NCBI GenBank assembly: GCA_964016885.1
Contig: OZ024745.1
Coordinates: 47,306,001-47,370,000, forward strand
Reading direction: 5' to 3'
DNA: 64,000 bases
From: Eledone cirrhosa
Lineage: Eukaryota
A program made the translations under genes and the position numbers. This document shows, in pieces, positions 43,801 through 56,264 of the stretch. A model generated the notes under the pieces. It did not search any database, was not told where the DNA came from, and saw nothing but the letters and a program-made list of their open reading frames with translations. Every line of letters starts with the position of its first letter. Within the stretch, counting starts at the first letter, position 1.

Positions 43801-45720
43801 ATTATTTTTTCTTTCTTGCTCATAAGAAATATGGTTTTTAGCTTCTGTTCTTTTGTGATGTATAATTTCTTTAATCCCCAATTAATAACCAATTTCCTAA
43901 AAGTAAGAATTCATATTTTACTTCCTTGTTCTATTTCCTCTTATGATCAATTTAAAAATACTACTCACAATAACTTGGTTCAATCAAGTGTAATATTCTT
44001 TGTTAGATATGTATATAACATTGTATAAAATTGGACACCTGATTTACTTAATATGATTAGTTATTATTAGTTATGATTTCTCTTTTTTATAGTAGCTTTT
44101 GAATTAGTTTTTCTCTGTTTATACTTAAGTATTTTGTTGATAACATATTTCATCTAACACTTTTCTGAGTTACAATACTTGTGATACTGTGTGGAGCCTT
44201 ATAAGTATGTTTTTGTGAGAACTTTTGGTTAAGACCAGTAATGTATAGCAAATATACACATTTTCAACCTAATCATCATCATCATACGTCCGCTTTTCCC
44301 TGCTTGTAAGAGTAGGACGGGTCCTCTTCAGCATAGCATCTCTCCATTTGTCAGAGTCATTCTTCATCTCCTCTGTGAGCTTCAGTGATTTGAAGTCAGC
44401 TCTCACCACCTCTGCCCATGTTTTCCATGGTATTCCTCCACTATGTCTTCTTTTTACTGGGATTACTTGGCACTTCTTCACCTAGTGGTTAATATATTAT
44501 TAAACTTTATTGTATGTTTCCTTTTTCATATACATCAACATTTACATAGATACACACACACACAAATACACACACATATACAAACATATTCATAATTCCA
44601 CCAAAGTCAACTTTATCATTCATCTGTTTCAGATTGATAAATAAAGTAGCAGTCCATAACAATGGATTGGCAAAATTGTTAAAGCATCAAATATAATACT
44701 TTACAGTATCTTTTCCATGTCTTAGCATTCTGATGGTTATGCCTGCTTGGACACTAGCACCAAGTTTTATCAGCCCTTGCCTTTCTCGTGAACAACACAT
44801 GTATTTGTGTGTATATGTGTGTTTGTGTATATATGTACCTGAATATAAGCCAATTCTAATATAAGCTGATCCCCTATTTTATGTTTGAGAAATGGGCTAA
44901 AATCCAAACCCCTTGTATAAGCCGAAGTTGGTAATCAACACAATAAATTAGATGGTGTGGTTTTGAAATTCTTATGAGTGGAGAATATATTTATGAAGTT
45001 TTAATATTTTAAAATGTTTTAAGTATCATTTAGAGTATAATTTTTGTTTCACAACTCCATTATTTAATTTTTTTCTTTACCAATTTCTGATCATTTTGAA
45101 GGCTATATTCATTCAAAACAGAAAAAAAAAAACAATAGGAAAAACTAATTTCACTTTCAAAGTGAAACTGTTGTCATATTCTACTCAAAAGTGAAAATAT
45201 TTTAGCTCCTCATTTATGTAGAATTTGAAGTTGGTGAAAATTGGCAAAATATTAACCTTGAATATATATATATATATACACATACATATTAACTTTTCCT
45301 TTAACAACCAAAGAGGGTTGTTTGTTTCTGTCAGAGATCCTAAAGGAATGTGTTTGCGAATAAAACCTTGATTTTTCCAGAAAAGATTTTCAGTAATGGT
45401 AAGGCCTAGAACATATCGTGACCTTGAATGTTCCAAATGCATATTGTTTATATTGTAGACAGGAGAATATTACATTGTTTTCTTGATATGTGTAGTGTAT
45501 CCTTTTTGCTGTTGAAAGAGACAAAATTGGCATGACATCATTAAAAGATTTTTCTAGAAGGTTTTTATGAGGAAAAAATACTATTGATCATTGTGTAATA
45601 TTATTTTTCATTTGTGTATATCTAATTTTATATGAAATGTTTATTGTTCTAAATATAAAATATCATTTTACCTACTTAAATTTTATTGTTTCTTCATGAT
45701 TATTTATTTATATTTTTCAG

Positions 45721-47942
45721 TCGTTTGAACGTGTGGTGGTACAAAATATTCTCCATGGTTTATCACCAAGCTTGTGTGAAGCTATACACAGCGTGTCAAG
45801 GTGGAAGGTTATCCAGACAGCTTTTCCTCATGTGTTACATGCATGTGCTGCTCTTCTTGCAGAAAGAAAGCAAAGAGATGCTATTGCAAAGTTTACCAAC
45901 TGTGAGACAAAACTACTTTATACATTACATTGGATTCTATTAGATGCAGCATCTGAATGCGAAGACAATTGGGCAGAAATAAATCAGGGAGCTCCAAGTG
46001 GACGTTCTTATATGCATACACTTGGTACCATTCAACTTTTTGTGTACTTACTCGCACCATTAGTGCATACCTTATCTGAAACAGATTTTCAGAGTCTGAA
46101 ATTGGAGAATGGGTTGAGAATATGGCAGCCTTTGATAGATTACTGCCTCCCTGATGTTCCTTGTTTCTCATCCCTTGTCAAGCCTCAACGTAGCATCTTG
46201 AAAGCTCATCGTAGCAGTACAAAACATTATACTAATGCTGCCAACATATACATTGGAAAGGGTTGCTCTGAGCAGAATCTTTATCACGGTGTTGAACTTT
46301 GTATTGATGAGAAGGAAGACTCAAATGTTTTCATTGGTAATGAACCTACATCTCCATTAGCACCTCTTGCACATATGAGTGACATCTGTGCTTTGTCAAG
46401 CTCTGACAACCAGTCTGCCACTGTTGATGTTGTCTGTGAATATTGCAATTCTGTTGTGCCTGTTCGTTCAAGTAAAAATGGTACTTGTAAATGTCGAGGG
46501 AAAAACAGTACCATCAAGTTTTCTTTTGATTCAAAGCTATCCGTTTTGCCAAAGGTACCTGAAACTTCACCAGATAAAGATTACTTAAATCAGAAATTGA
46601 CAAGTGCTGATACTAGTTGTTCAAAGAGCTCTAGTTCTACATCTCCTGATGTTTTGTCTGCTTGTTATTTTGATATCGCAGTACTCAGGTGTTTATTTTG
46701 TCTACATTGGCCTGAAGATGGTATTTATTGGGCTTTAAGGTACATTCATCGTCGACTTTTAGAGATATTTGAGGAATATGTTCGAATGGGACATTCAGAA
46801 CGTGAACGAAGCAAGTCTTTACCAATTCCAAGTATTCAAGTTCTACAAATGTATTCTGCCATGCCCTATCCTTCTATGAATATGCAGGATTCTGCATATT
46901 CTCCCTGTACTCCACGGCGCAAGTCTTATACATCTAATCAAAATCTTTCATCCACAAATCTTTCACAAGTACCCACCACACATAAAGAACCTCCCCATAA
47001 ACGCATTAGAGTAATTGAATTGAAACAGTTGTTTGATTCTTCACGGACCAAAAAATACACTGCTGAACCAGAAGAAAATGAGTTACATTCTTTAAGATGC
47101 AGACGTACTGAGCCTTCAAATATTTCTCTCAAATCTCTCAAAGCAGATTCCTCTAGCTCCTGTACTTTATCAACATTAGATACGGATTCTGATTTTCCTC
47201 GGCCAAATTCAGCATTTGCCAATTACCTTGATGTTAAGAAAGATAATAAATCAGATGATATATTTTCTGATCCAGCCCGTCGTAAAAGTATGCCCTCTTT
47301 ACATCAGTCAGATAAGGATTCTCTTGCTGGGACAAATCAGTTAAGCAATCAGACCTCTCCCTGTTCTGGAAGGGTTGATTCAATGCCTGTAGGATTAAAT
47401 CTGAAGTCCAGCCAGCAGCAAGGTCAACGAGAACATCTCTTACATCCGATAATAACCATCACAGAACATAGTCCTTGTGACACATCTTTGGCAGTCCCAC
47501 CTCAATCACCTAACCCATCTGAGAGACAGCGGAGGGGCAGCAATGACTCTAGAAGAAATGTTCAAGAGTACAGCTCAGTGACAACACTGAACATCGCTCG
47601 CAGTATGACTGATTCTAATATTGCATATTCTACTGAAGATGACATCCAAGAAGCTTCAGGATCTGTCTATTACATCCAAGACAATGGTCAATTTAATTAT
47701 GTCATCATTCTAAAAGCAGTACATTTTGTGTCTATGAATGAGCATAGCCCAAAAATATGTGAAGTGTTGCTGAATATATTAAATTCCCTTCTAGATCTAA
47801 ATATCATAGATATGAAAAAGTCTGAGTCAGAATCTTCCAAATCATATCCTGGTGATGAAAATGCAAAAAAATCAGAAGAAAAGAAAGATACAAATAAAAA
47901 TGAAGAAACTACATATTGTATAGCAATGGACAGTATTGTCAG
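45721..47942 (+). CDS. unc-80: unc-80 large coding exon (UNC80 N-terminal domain)
   Basis: tttttcag|TCG starts SFERVVVQNILHGLSPSL..SRWKVIQTAFPHVLH..ETKLLYTLHWILLDA..IQLFVYLLAPL..RIWQPL..YFDIAVLRCLF..WALRY, hallmark UNC80 motifs. Donor AG|gtagga, phase 2. Confidence 0.93.
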
Positions 47943-48575
47943 GTAGGAATTTTAATCTTCTTTTTCCATTATTCTTTGTCTTTGTTGCCCACCTAAGTAC
48001 TTAGGTTCGACATTGCTTAACTTTGGTGATCAGATGAGAACTAATGTTTCCAATGTGATATAGCATATGGATTGGCAGAATTGTTAGAGTATTCGACAAA
48101 TGCTATATGGGATTTCTTCCAGTTCTTTGTGTTCTGAGTTCAAATCCTGCTTATATCAACTTTGCCTTTCATCCTACCAGAATCAATAAAATAAAGTACC
48201 AGTCAAATACTGGTGTTGATATAATCGACTTTCCTCTCTCCCAAATTGCTATCCTTTTGCTTAAATAAAATAATTAAAAAAAAAAATCTTATATCTAATA
48301 TGATAAGAATTTTTCAACTGCCCACTTCATGAAACACTGGCATAAGCTCTAATATATATATACCTGTACATAGTTGACAGCTAAGAGAAAAGAGTACTCA
48401 ATACCGAAGTAGAGTTTCAATATTCATTTTATGACGGCTAAATAATGAGTCTTGTTCTGGAGTTCACCTGCTTTTCATGTCAACATAACGTTAATCAATA
48501 ACAAAATCACATAAATACACACAAAGACAATGTAAAAAACATTTTATTTTGGAAATCAATTTTTATCTATTTCAG

Positions 48576-48817
48576 GATATACAAGTCTCTTGGATGTCCC
48601 CAGGGATGTGGTGATGGTGTGAGAGGACCAAATGGTGAAAATCTTCGGCAAAAAGGACAAAATTGTTTACAAAGACTTCAAAGAGGAAATCCTTCATTAT
48701 TCCGGAAATATCTTCGTGATTCTGTATGTAGGCATACAATCCAAGATAGTGTTGATTTTATGCATTCAATACTAGGATTTTGTATAGAGTCAAGCAGTGT
48801 GGTTCAGTCTCCAAGTG
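48576..48817 (+). CDS. unc-80: unc-80 exon (IYKSLGCPQGCGDG...VDFMHSILGFC)
   Basis: ttcag|G and G|gtaagt; phase 2 in, phase 1 out; matches the UNC80 LGC..GCG.G and FLH..LGFC motifs. Confidence 0.9.
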
Positions 48818-51800
48818 GTAAGTTATTTCTTCATTTATCTTATGTATTTCGTATTCATATTATTCAACATAAATTCAAAATGAATATGATGTTAGACATG
48901 TTACTAATATATTGTGAAGGCACATTGGTTAGGGTGTTTAGCACACAATAATAATGTTTTGAGTTCAATTCTTGGTGGTGTGTTCTGTCATTTAGCAAGA
49001 CACTTTATTTCACATTGCTCCAGTCCACTCAGCTGGAAAAAATTAGCTGTATCTGTGATTCAAAGCCAACCTTATTACACACTTATGTTGAATCTCCATG
49101 AGAATTATATTAAGAGTACAGGTCAGGTCAGGCTTCTGCATGCTACTGGTACCATGTAATCCAGTACAACCTGCTTCATTGACCAAGTGTAGTGAGTACG
49201 ACTGCACTCCTGACATAACCAAGCAGAAAGCAGTAGGGGTCAACCAAGGAGGGGTTCCTCCAACAGGAGTGAAAAAGCCCTGGATTGGATTGGATATGTA
49301 TTTATGGAATACTCAGCCATTTGTATTTTAATCTTATGAGTAGGCTGTTCCATTGCTCCAACAACTATAACACTCATTATCAGAAATGTTGGACATCTAA
49401 CGCACGCAATATAATGATTATGGTGGTAGTGGTGATAGGATAGTAGAAGAGAAGGGAAGCTTAATGGGATATTGTATCATCCATGAATTCCTTAGGATAA
49501 TGCTCTTAGTTGTTCATCACATCCAGTGATAATCTCTGCTACTTGTTACACATATACTTCTGACTATACAACCCAGGTGTTAAACTAGTTAAAGTAAGTA
49601 GAGCAGGTTTTATATATAGCTGATTAGTCATATATGAATCTTTCCACCTTCTCTTGCATACTGATGACTATATGGCCTAATGTGCCCACATTTTCCAAGA
49701 TGGGGAGAGGGTAGGATATAAGGAAATTTAGCTGCTATTTCTAGCAAGAGAGTTCAACTCAGTATCACAAACCAACAAAGTGTTTAACAATTGTTTTACC
49801 GTGATGAGGCATGCCATTCAGCTTGAGTGAACTTGACAGTTAATTGTTTTGGCACTGAATACAATACAGTAGTATTGATGGTATATAAACCACTGACCTC
49901 TCATCTGAATGTATGATCTATTAATGCTTCTCTAAATCAATAAATACATGTTTAATAATGTCATCGATTTCTATATAATGTTTTTTTTCATTCTTCTGAA
50001 ACATTTATTGTTTCTTAACTCTTACCATTCTGTAATAATTTAGCAAAAAATATCTAAAACGGGTTTGTTAATTCAAATGTTTTAGTATCTTTACTATTGT
50101 GAAAATGTGCAGTATTAGAGTAGATGTTTTAATTTTTCAGGTAATGCAGACATAGCGCTATTTTGTAGTTTTTTAAGAATGTCTTGCTAATATGGTTTTA
50201 TGTGGTACTAAACATTAAGAGTTAAGTTAAGCAGTTCCATATCGGTAATTATAGTGAATGCCCATGGTCTACTAATTAGAGTGTTGGACTCACAATTGTT
50301 TGGTCATTGGTTTGAACCCCAGATTGGGATGCGTTGTGTCCTTAAATAAAGCATTTCATTTCATTTTGCTCCAGTCCACTCAGCTGAAAAAATGAGAAAT
50401 GTGTGCCAACAGCAACTGGGCAAGATTTGTGTGTGTTAAAATTGCAACACTTTGTTCAACAGAAGTCTTGAACTCTCATTTGCTTAATGCTTCATGAAAC
50501 CAGGGTATCATCTGATCTGATGGAACTGTAAGCTCAAGATAGACTTAAACTAACTAATGTTCGTAACTAAGAGTTTAGTGTATCAGAAATGAAACATTGA
50601 TTTACTTTTTGAAGAAACTTACTTCAGTTAAACATGAATTATATTTTATTTATTTATTTTCAATTCTCCTCAATTTATATGAAACAGATTCGATTTGTAC
50701 AATCTTAGAAACATGGTTGAATACTGACTGCATTGAGAAACTGACCTCAGGTGATCAATTCACTATAATAGTGATTTCTAACGGACACAAATATCAGCAC
50801 TTTTTCACTTTTTTAAAATATGGCTGTATATTTTACATACATTTCTTTGAATATATATATATACATAGTATATTTAAAATTCCATACACTTAACAAAAGA
50901 AATTTGTCCTGGAGCCTGATGAGAGGCCAGTTTTGAAATAGCTCCTCCACTATACGGTGGTGGTCATATCTGGACCCCGAAACCTAAGGTTGCACATACA
51001 TGTTAAGTGTATGAAATTTTAAATATGCTAAATAAGCTCTCTTGCAATAGATTGAGGATTGTTTTCCTTGACCTTTTATCTATGGATATCCTGCATACAC
51101 ACACACACATATATATATATATATTTATATATATATAAGGTATTCACTGAAAAATATAGAAAACATTCACCTCACCAAAGTTATCTCGTTGCACCTATTC
51201 AACATTATCTCTGGATATTGATCCAATGTTGTCTGCAAATACTCACCATAAGTTGTTGTATTTAGACTCTCACCTCAATTTATATCAGTGTATTCACCTC
51301 AACTGTTATTTACATGTTTTACCTAAAGTATTTATTCAGACACTCACACTAAGCTATTTCTAGATGATCGACTATTTCTATGACACTAACTAAAGTTATA
51401 AACTAATTATGTGGGGTAGTGTGGCTGAAATTTTGAAAAGTTTGTTTCACAATTAAGAGGTTTAGGTTCAATCCCACTGTGTGGCATCTTAGGCAAGTGT
51501 CTTCTACTGAGCCACAGGCTGACCCAACTTTGTGAGTGAAATTTGCTAATTGGAAACTGTATAGACAGTACCTGTAATTCAAATAATAAGTGTAGTAAAT
51601 CCTTTCTAAATTCTTAATTAGTTAATTAAAATACAAAGTATCTCATTAGAAATATGATAATGAAAGGGTTAAACTTATGTTGTTGCTGTGTCTTGAGAGA
51701 ATATAATGGACAATAATGTTGAAGAAATTGATTATATTTACTTTAGTATAAAATATCATTATAAGTAACAAGGAATTCTCACAAATTGATGCCAAACTGC

Positions 51801-53913
51801 CCTGATATAAAATTACTCATTCTAAAATGTTTATACTTATATTAAATCCTTACATCACAATTTTATTTAAGAAATTTTTGTGAAATAATGTTCTAAATAT
51901 CAGCTTACTAATGAAAAAGTTAGTTATTTTATTAAATTCCTCGAAATATTTGACTATTTCCAAAATAAATTGAAAGAAATAAGCAGTGTATTTCATTAGA
52001 AATACAGTAAAGAAAAAGTTAAAATATTTTTTTAATTGTTTCGTCAGAGGAGGAAAGGCAAAACCTCGAAGACTGGTGGGAAGAAGGTAGGGAGTGATAT
52101 TCAGACTAGGGACCTGGTCTGAATGTTTCCAAGAAAATGAAGTCCAGTAAAAAAGTGGCACCCCAGAGCCAGATTTTGGTGGTAAACTAGATTAAGTCTA
52201 CTACCTAAGAACAAGAACAGTGCCCCTGATAAGCATTTTCACTGTTTCTCTTTCCCAAATTTTACTTGCAAGTGGTAGAAGATAATTGCCTAAGTGGCTA
52301 CATGGTGGGATTGAACCTGAAACCATGTAGTTTTGAAGCAAGTTTCTTAACCACATAGCCAATTGTGGTGACAGTAGTTTTGATTAAGTACTAAGCTGGT
52401 GTGTGACAACCCAGTCCAACCTATGCCAGAATGGAAGAAAGGAATTAAATGTGGATGATAACGATGGTGACTGTTCCACATATTCTAATTGTCTTAGAAA
52501 CTGCTTTTTTAAATACATCATTGTAGTAGATAGTAACACAGTTTACTGTGTCCCCAATGTAATATTCTTCTAATGATGATATTTATTGTGATTTTTATGA
52601 GAGTATATAAATAGTTGGAATTTACATTTATGTATACTATTTCTTCATTTAACCTATAGTCAAGTCTATTGTGATAACTAAAAAAAGTGACAACTCTTAA
52701 ATTAATACTAATGGTGATTTGTAATTTAAATTGCTTTTCTATATCCATCCTTGTTTTAGTTATTCATATGAGGAGGGACTGCTAGTTTATCATCTCTATA
52801 CTGTCTTATGCTGGAAGGCATGGTTTGTTTAAATGTACAAACCACCTAATTTGAAAACTGGTTCTATATTTATAAAACTGATGATAATGATGGCATTGCA
52901 AACCAACCTATAAATTATATATGAATGCAAACAACAAGAAATACAGATACATATGCACATTCAATGCACATAGTAACTGATAGAAACAATCTAGCTAATA
53001 TTGATATAACCTTAATTACAAATAGTTTCAAATGTTGTCACATAATAAATGTTATTATTTTAAGTTACTTAGTGTATATTTTCAATATAGTAAGTACATA
53101 AATTATTTTTCATAGTAAAAAATTCATGTGTTATATATAAAAATGTTTTCAACACAAGTACCTTTATTAGTGGTAAGCTTTTAGTTCAATTTTGACTTTT
53201 ATATAAACAATAAGATCGGCTCTGTCTCATCCTGAGCTGTCCTCAACAACAGATCTACATGCCACACTGTCCCTGGTAGCTTCACATATTTCATTCTCTT
53301 CATGTTCTTCCAGAAGTGGAAATGCAATTCAGCAAGGATGAGTTTTCTGTTACTAGTGTAACAAGGATGAGTCTGTTCTGTTACTGGTGCTTGCTTTATC
53401 AGTAGTACACTAGATAGGGATGATAAGTCTTCGGACCACTGTGAGAGCTTTGACTTTGGTTACTTATACATGTACGATCTTTGAATACTCTCTGCATTTC
53501 CAGGCATCACCACATGGAGGTATCAAAGTTGAATTGCAAATACCCAAAAGTTATGTTTTTAAAATATGAGTTTTAAGTTCAACTTTTCAGTATTAGCTTT
53601 GTGATTTTGTGTTCTTGAACAGTTTGTGTAGAATTCACATCTGATAGCTCACTGTTTTCACTTCAAACTGTATGATTGCATTTTAAGCTAATAGTGAGCA
53701 CTGTTTCAGAACAATGTGAAAAGAGATGAAATGAAAATCTGCCCTTGTCATTCTTGTTATTTTTATCACCTTCTTACATCTCTGCTTGTATCAACACTTA
53801 GATTTGAAATATACACAAACATGTATTACTCAATCAAACTGCATTTAATTTTCAAACAATAAGACTTTTTTTTAACATTGTAATTGAAGAGCATTATATT
53901 TCCTGTATATATA

Positions 53914-54103
53914 GGGCGGTGAATTGGCAGTATCGGTAGAGGGACGGACGCCATGCTTTGACACATAGAGATATGGCCCTTGCTATTCTGAGTTCAAATC
54001 CCGCTGAGGTTAACTTTGCCTTTCATCCTTACGGGGTCGATAAAATAAAGTACCAGTAATGCACTGGGTAATTGCTGGCCTTGTGCCAAAAGTAGAAACA
54101 ATT
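53914..54103 (+). mobile_element. SINE family A with target-site duplication
   Basis: Flanked by ATTATATTTCCTGTATA at 53893 and 54101. Confidence 0.9.
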
Positions 54104-54571
54104 ATATTTCCTGTATAAAACTCGAAAATGAAGAGATATATATATATATATATAATTTATTTTTGTTCACACACGTGCATTTGTTCTGTGCATGAACATA
54201 AATAATTATAATATATCAGTTCTCTTCCTGGTTGAGCTCTGCTTTCTTTCTTCCTTTCTCACACATATGATATTTTCCACACACACACACACACACTCTC
54301 TCTCTCTCTCCAAAATGGGATAAAGCCAATGAAAAGAAACAAAGGTAATGAGTAAATGGGGCACATTGATATTAAAAGGAACAGAGACATGGAGATAAAG
54401 AAAATGAGAACATTCACATAGACACATTGAAACAAATGGGAAAAAACAAAAACATGATATACTTATTATCGTAATTTGTTAGATAATTGTAGTGCCCCAG
54501 CATGGGCCTCAGACGATCAGCTAGAACAGTTAAAAGATTAAAGATATATTGATGTTTTGCTATCATTTCAG

Positions 54572-54750
54572 GTCACAAGAAATGCTCATCTTCTGAGAAT
54601 AGTTCACTCAACTTTTCAAACAACTTTGGCCATAGTATTGGTGGAGTTGGCCATCGTGGTGTTGAAGGTGTCCTTGTTGCCAACATTCTCAAGCCTTTAG
54701 TATCCAAATGTGTTGATTGTATCAAAGAACTTAGCAGCCAAGAAAATATT
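54572..54750 (+). CDS. unc-80: unc-80 exon (HKKCSSSENS...KPLVSKC...ELSSQENI)
   Basis: tttcag|GT and ATT|gtaagt; open frame; phase 1 in, phase 0 out. Confidence 0.87.
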
Positions 54751-56036
54751 GTAAGTTATTTTGAAGCACTGAAATATTGGTTTCATCTTTTGACTAGTCA
54801 CAGTACTCCACATTGTAGTTTTGAACCTCTGGTCAACTTTGATCCAGCAGACTTCTTATGTGTACTCTCCTTATCCAATCATTTTAATACCAAACTGCTT
54901 GAAACTGCCCTGGATTTATGATATAAAACTATTCATTTTAAAATATCCTTATATTAAACCTTACATCATAATTTCATTTTAGAAAGTTTCCTTAAGTAAC
55001 GTTCTAAATATTAGCTTTCTAATGAACAAGTTAGTTATTTTATTAAAATCCTCCAAATTTTTAGTTATTTAAAAAATTTATTGGAACAAACAGGTAGTGT
55101 ATTTCATTAAAAATATGGTAATGAAAGGGTTAAGAGCTTAGGGTGTGATTTCAAAGAAATTTAGATGCTATTTTTAGCATGTTAGATGACCTACAATTTA
55201 GTAGAGTATGAATTATTTCATTGATGTCTTACCATTCTTTTTTATCACACTGCATTTTATTTTAGTTAGATATTGATTTGTGAAAAAGAGGTGTTCAGTA
55301 AAACCTCTATATTTTCATTGTTATTACCATCATCATCATCAGAATCATCATACCTCCCCCTTTCATATTGGTTGGGGTTGGATCGGTTATCAGAGTCCAA
55401 GATGTGACAGGCTGGAGAAACTAATCTTGCTTGCTTTGTTCTATATTTGGCATGGTTTCTATGGCTGAATGCTCTTCCTAACACCAACCACCTTACAAAG
55501 TGTGCTGGATGCATTTTTTGTAACAACAGCTTAAGTGTGTTTTTTGTGATACCAGCACTACTATTTCATAGAGCCAACTGGATGCATTTTATTATGGTAC
55601 CAACAATATGTTATAATGTATATATTAAAACTGTGAATACAATTATGAAGGATATGAAAGTTAACCCAAAGGGTTCACTAGGTGAGAATCAAACCTATGG
55701 CTCATACATGGTGCATTAAACTACCAATGCTCAACCACAACTCAGTAGTCACAAAAACTAATTTGTATTTACATTGATCATGCTATAATAACAATGATCT
55801 AAGAATGCTAAGATCAATATCATCCGAACAATGTTGCATATTCTTGTGTATTTGTATATTTACAACTATAATTGACTTTATTAGTTGGTTTTGCATCATT
55901 AGAGTGTTGTCAGCTTCATTTAATTCATTCAGATCAATTAAGCAATGTATGTATATTCTTTTCTGATTTATATACTCAGCAATTAACTCTTAACAACTTG
56001 TAATGGTGTAGCAGAAAATATCTAAAAATGAGTTTG

Positions 56037-56264
56037 TTAACCCTTTAGCATTTAAACCGGTCATAATCAGTCAGAATTCTCTCACCTCTTTCTGTTCAAA
56101 CCAGCTGTAACTGGCTACTCATACTGATGTTAAGGTAATGTTTTCAAAATAAATATCATCAAAATCTCATAGATTCGATACTATATGAGGTATTATGTGA
56201 AGTAAAGACTTTACCGTGAAAATACAATAGTATATATAGAGTAATGTAAATGCTAAAGGGTCAA
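56037..56264. mobile_element. piggyBac-type MITE
   Basis: TTAACCCTTTAGCATT...AATGCTAAAGGGTCAA; a paralogous empty site lies near 50060-50080. Confidence 0.82.

Noticed and set aside
45686-47222. Short alternative-frame and antisense ORFs overlapping the big unc-80 exon
   Set aside because: They are shadows of the real coding frame.
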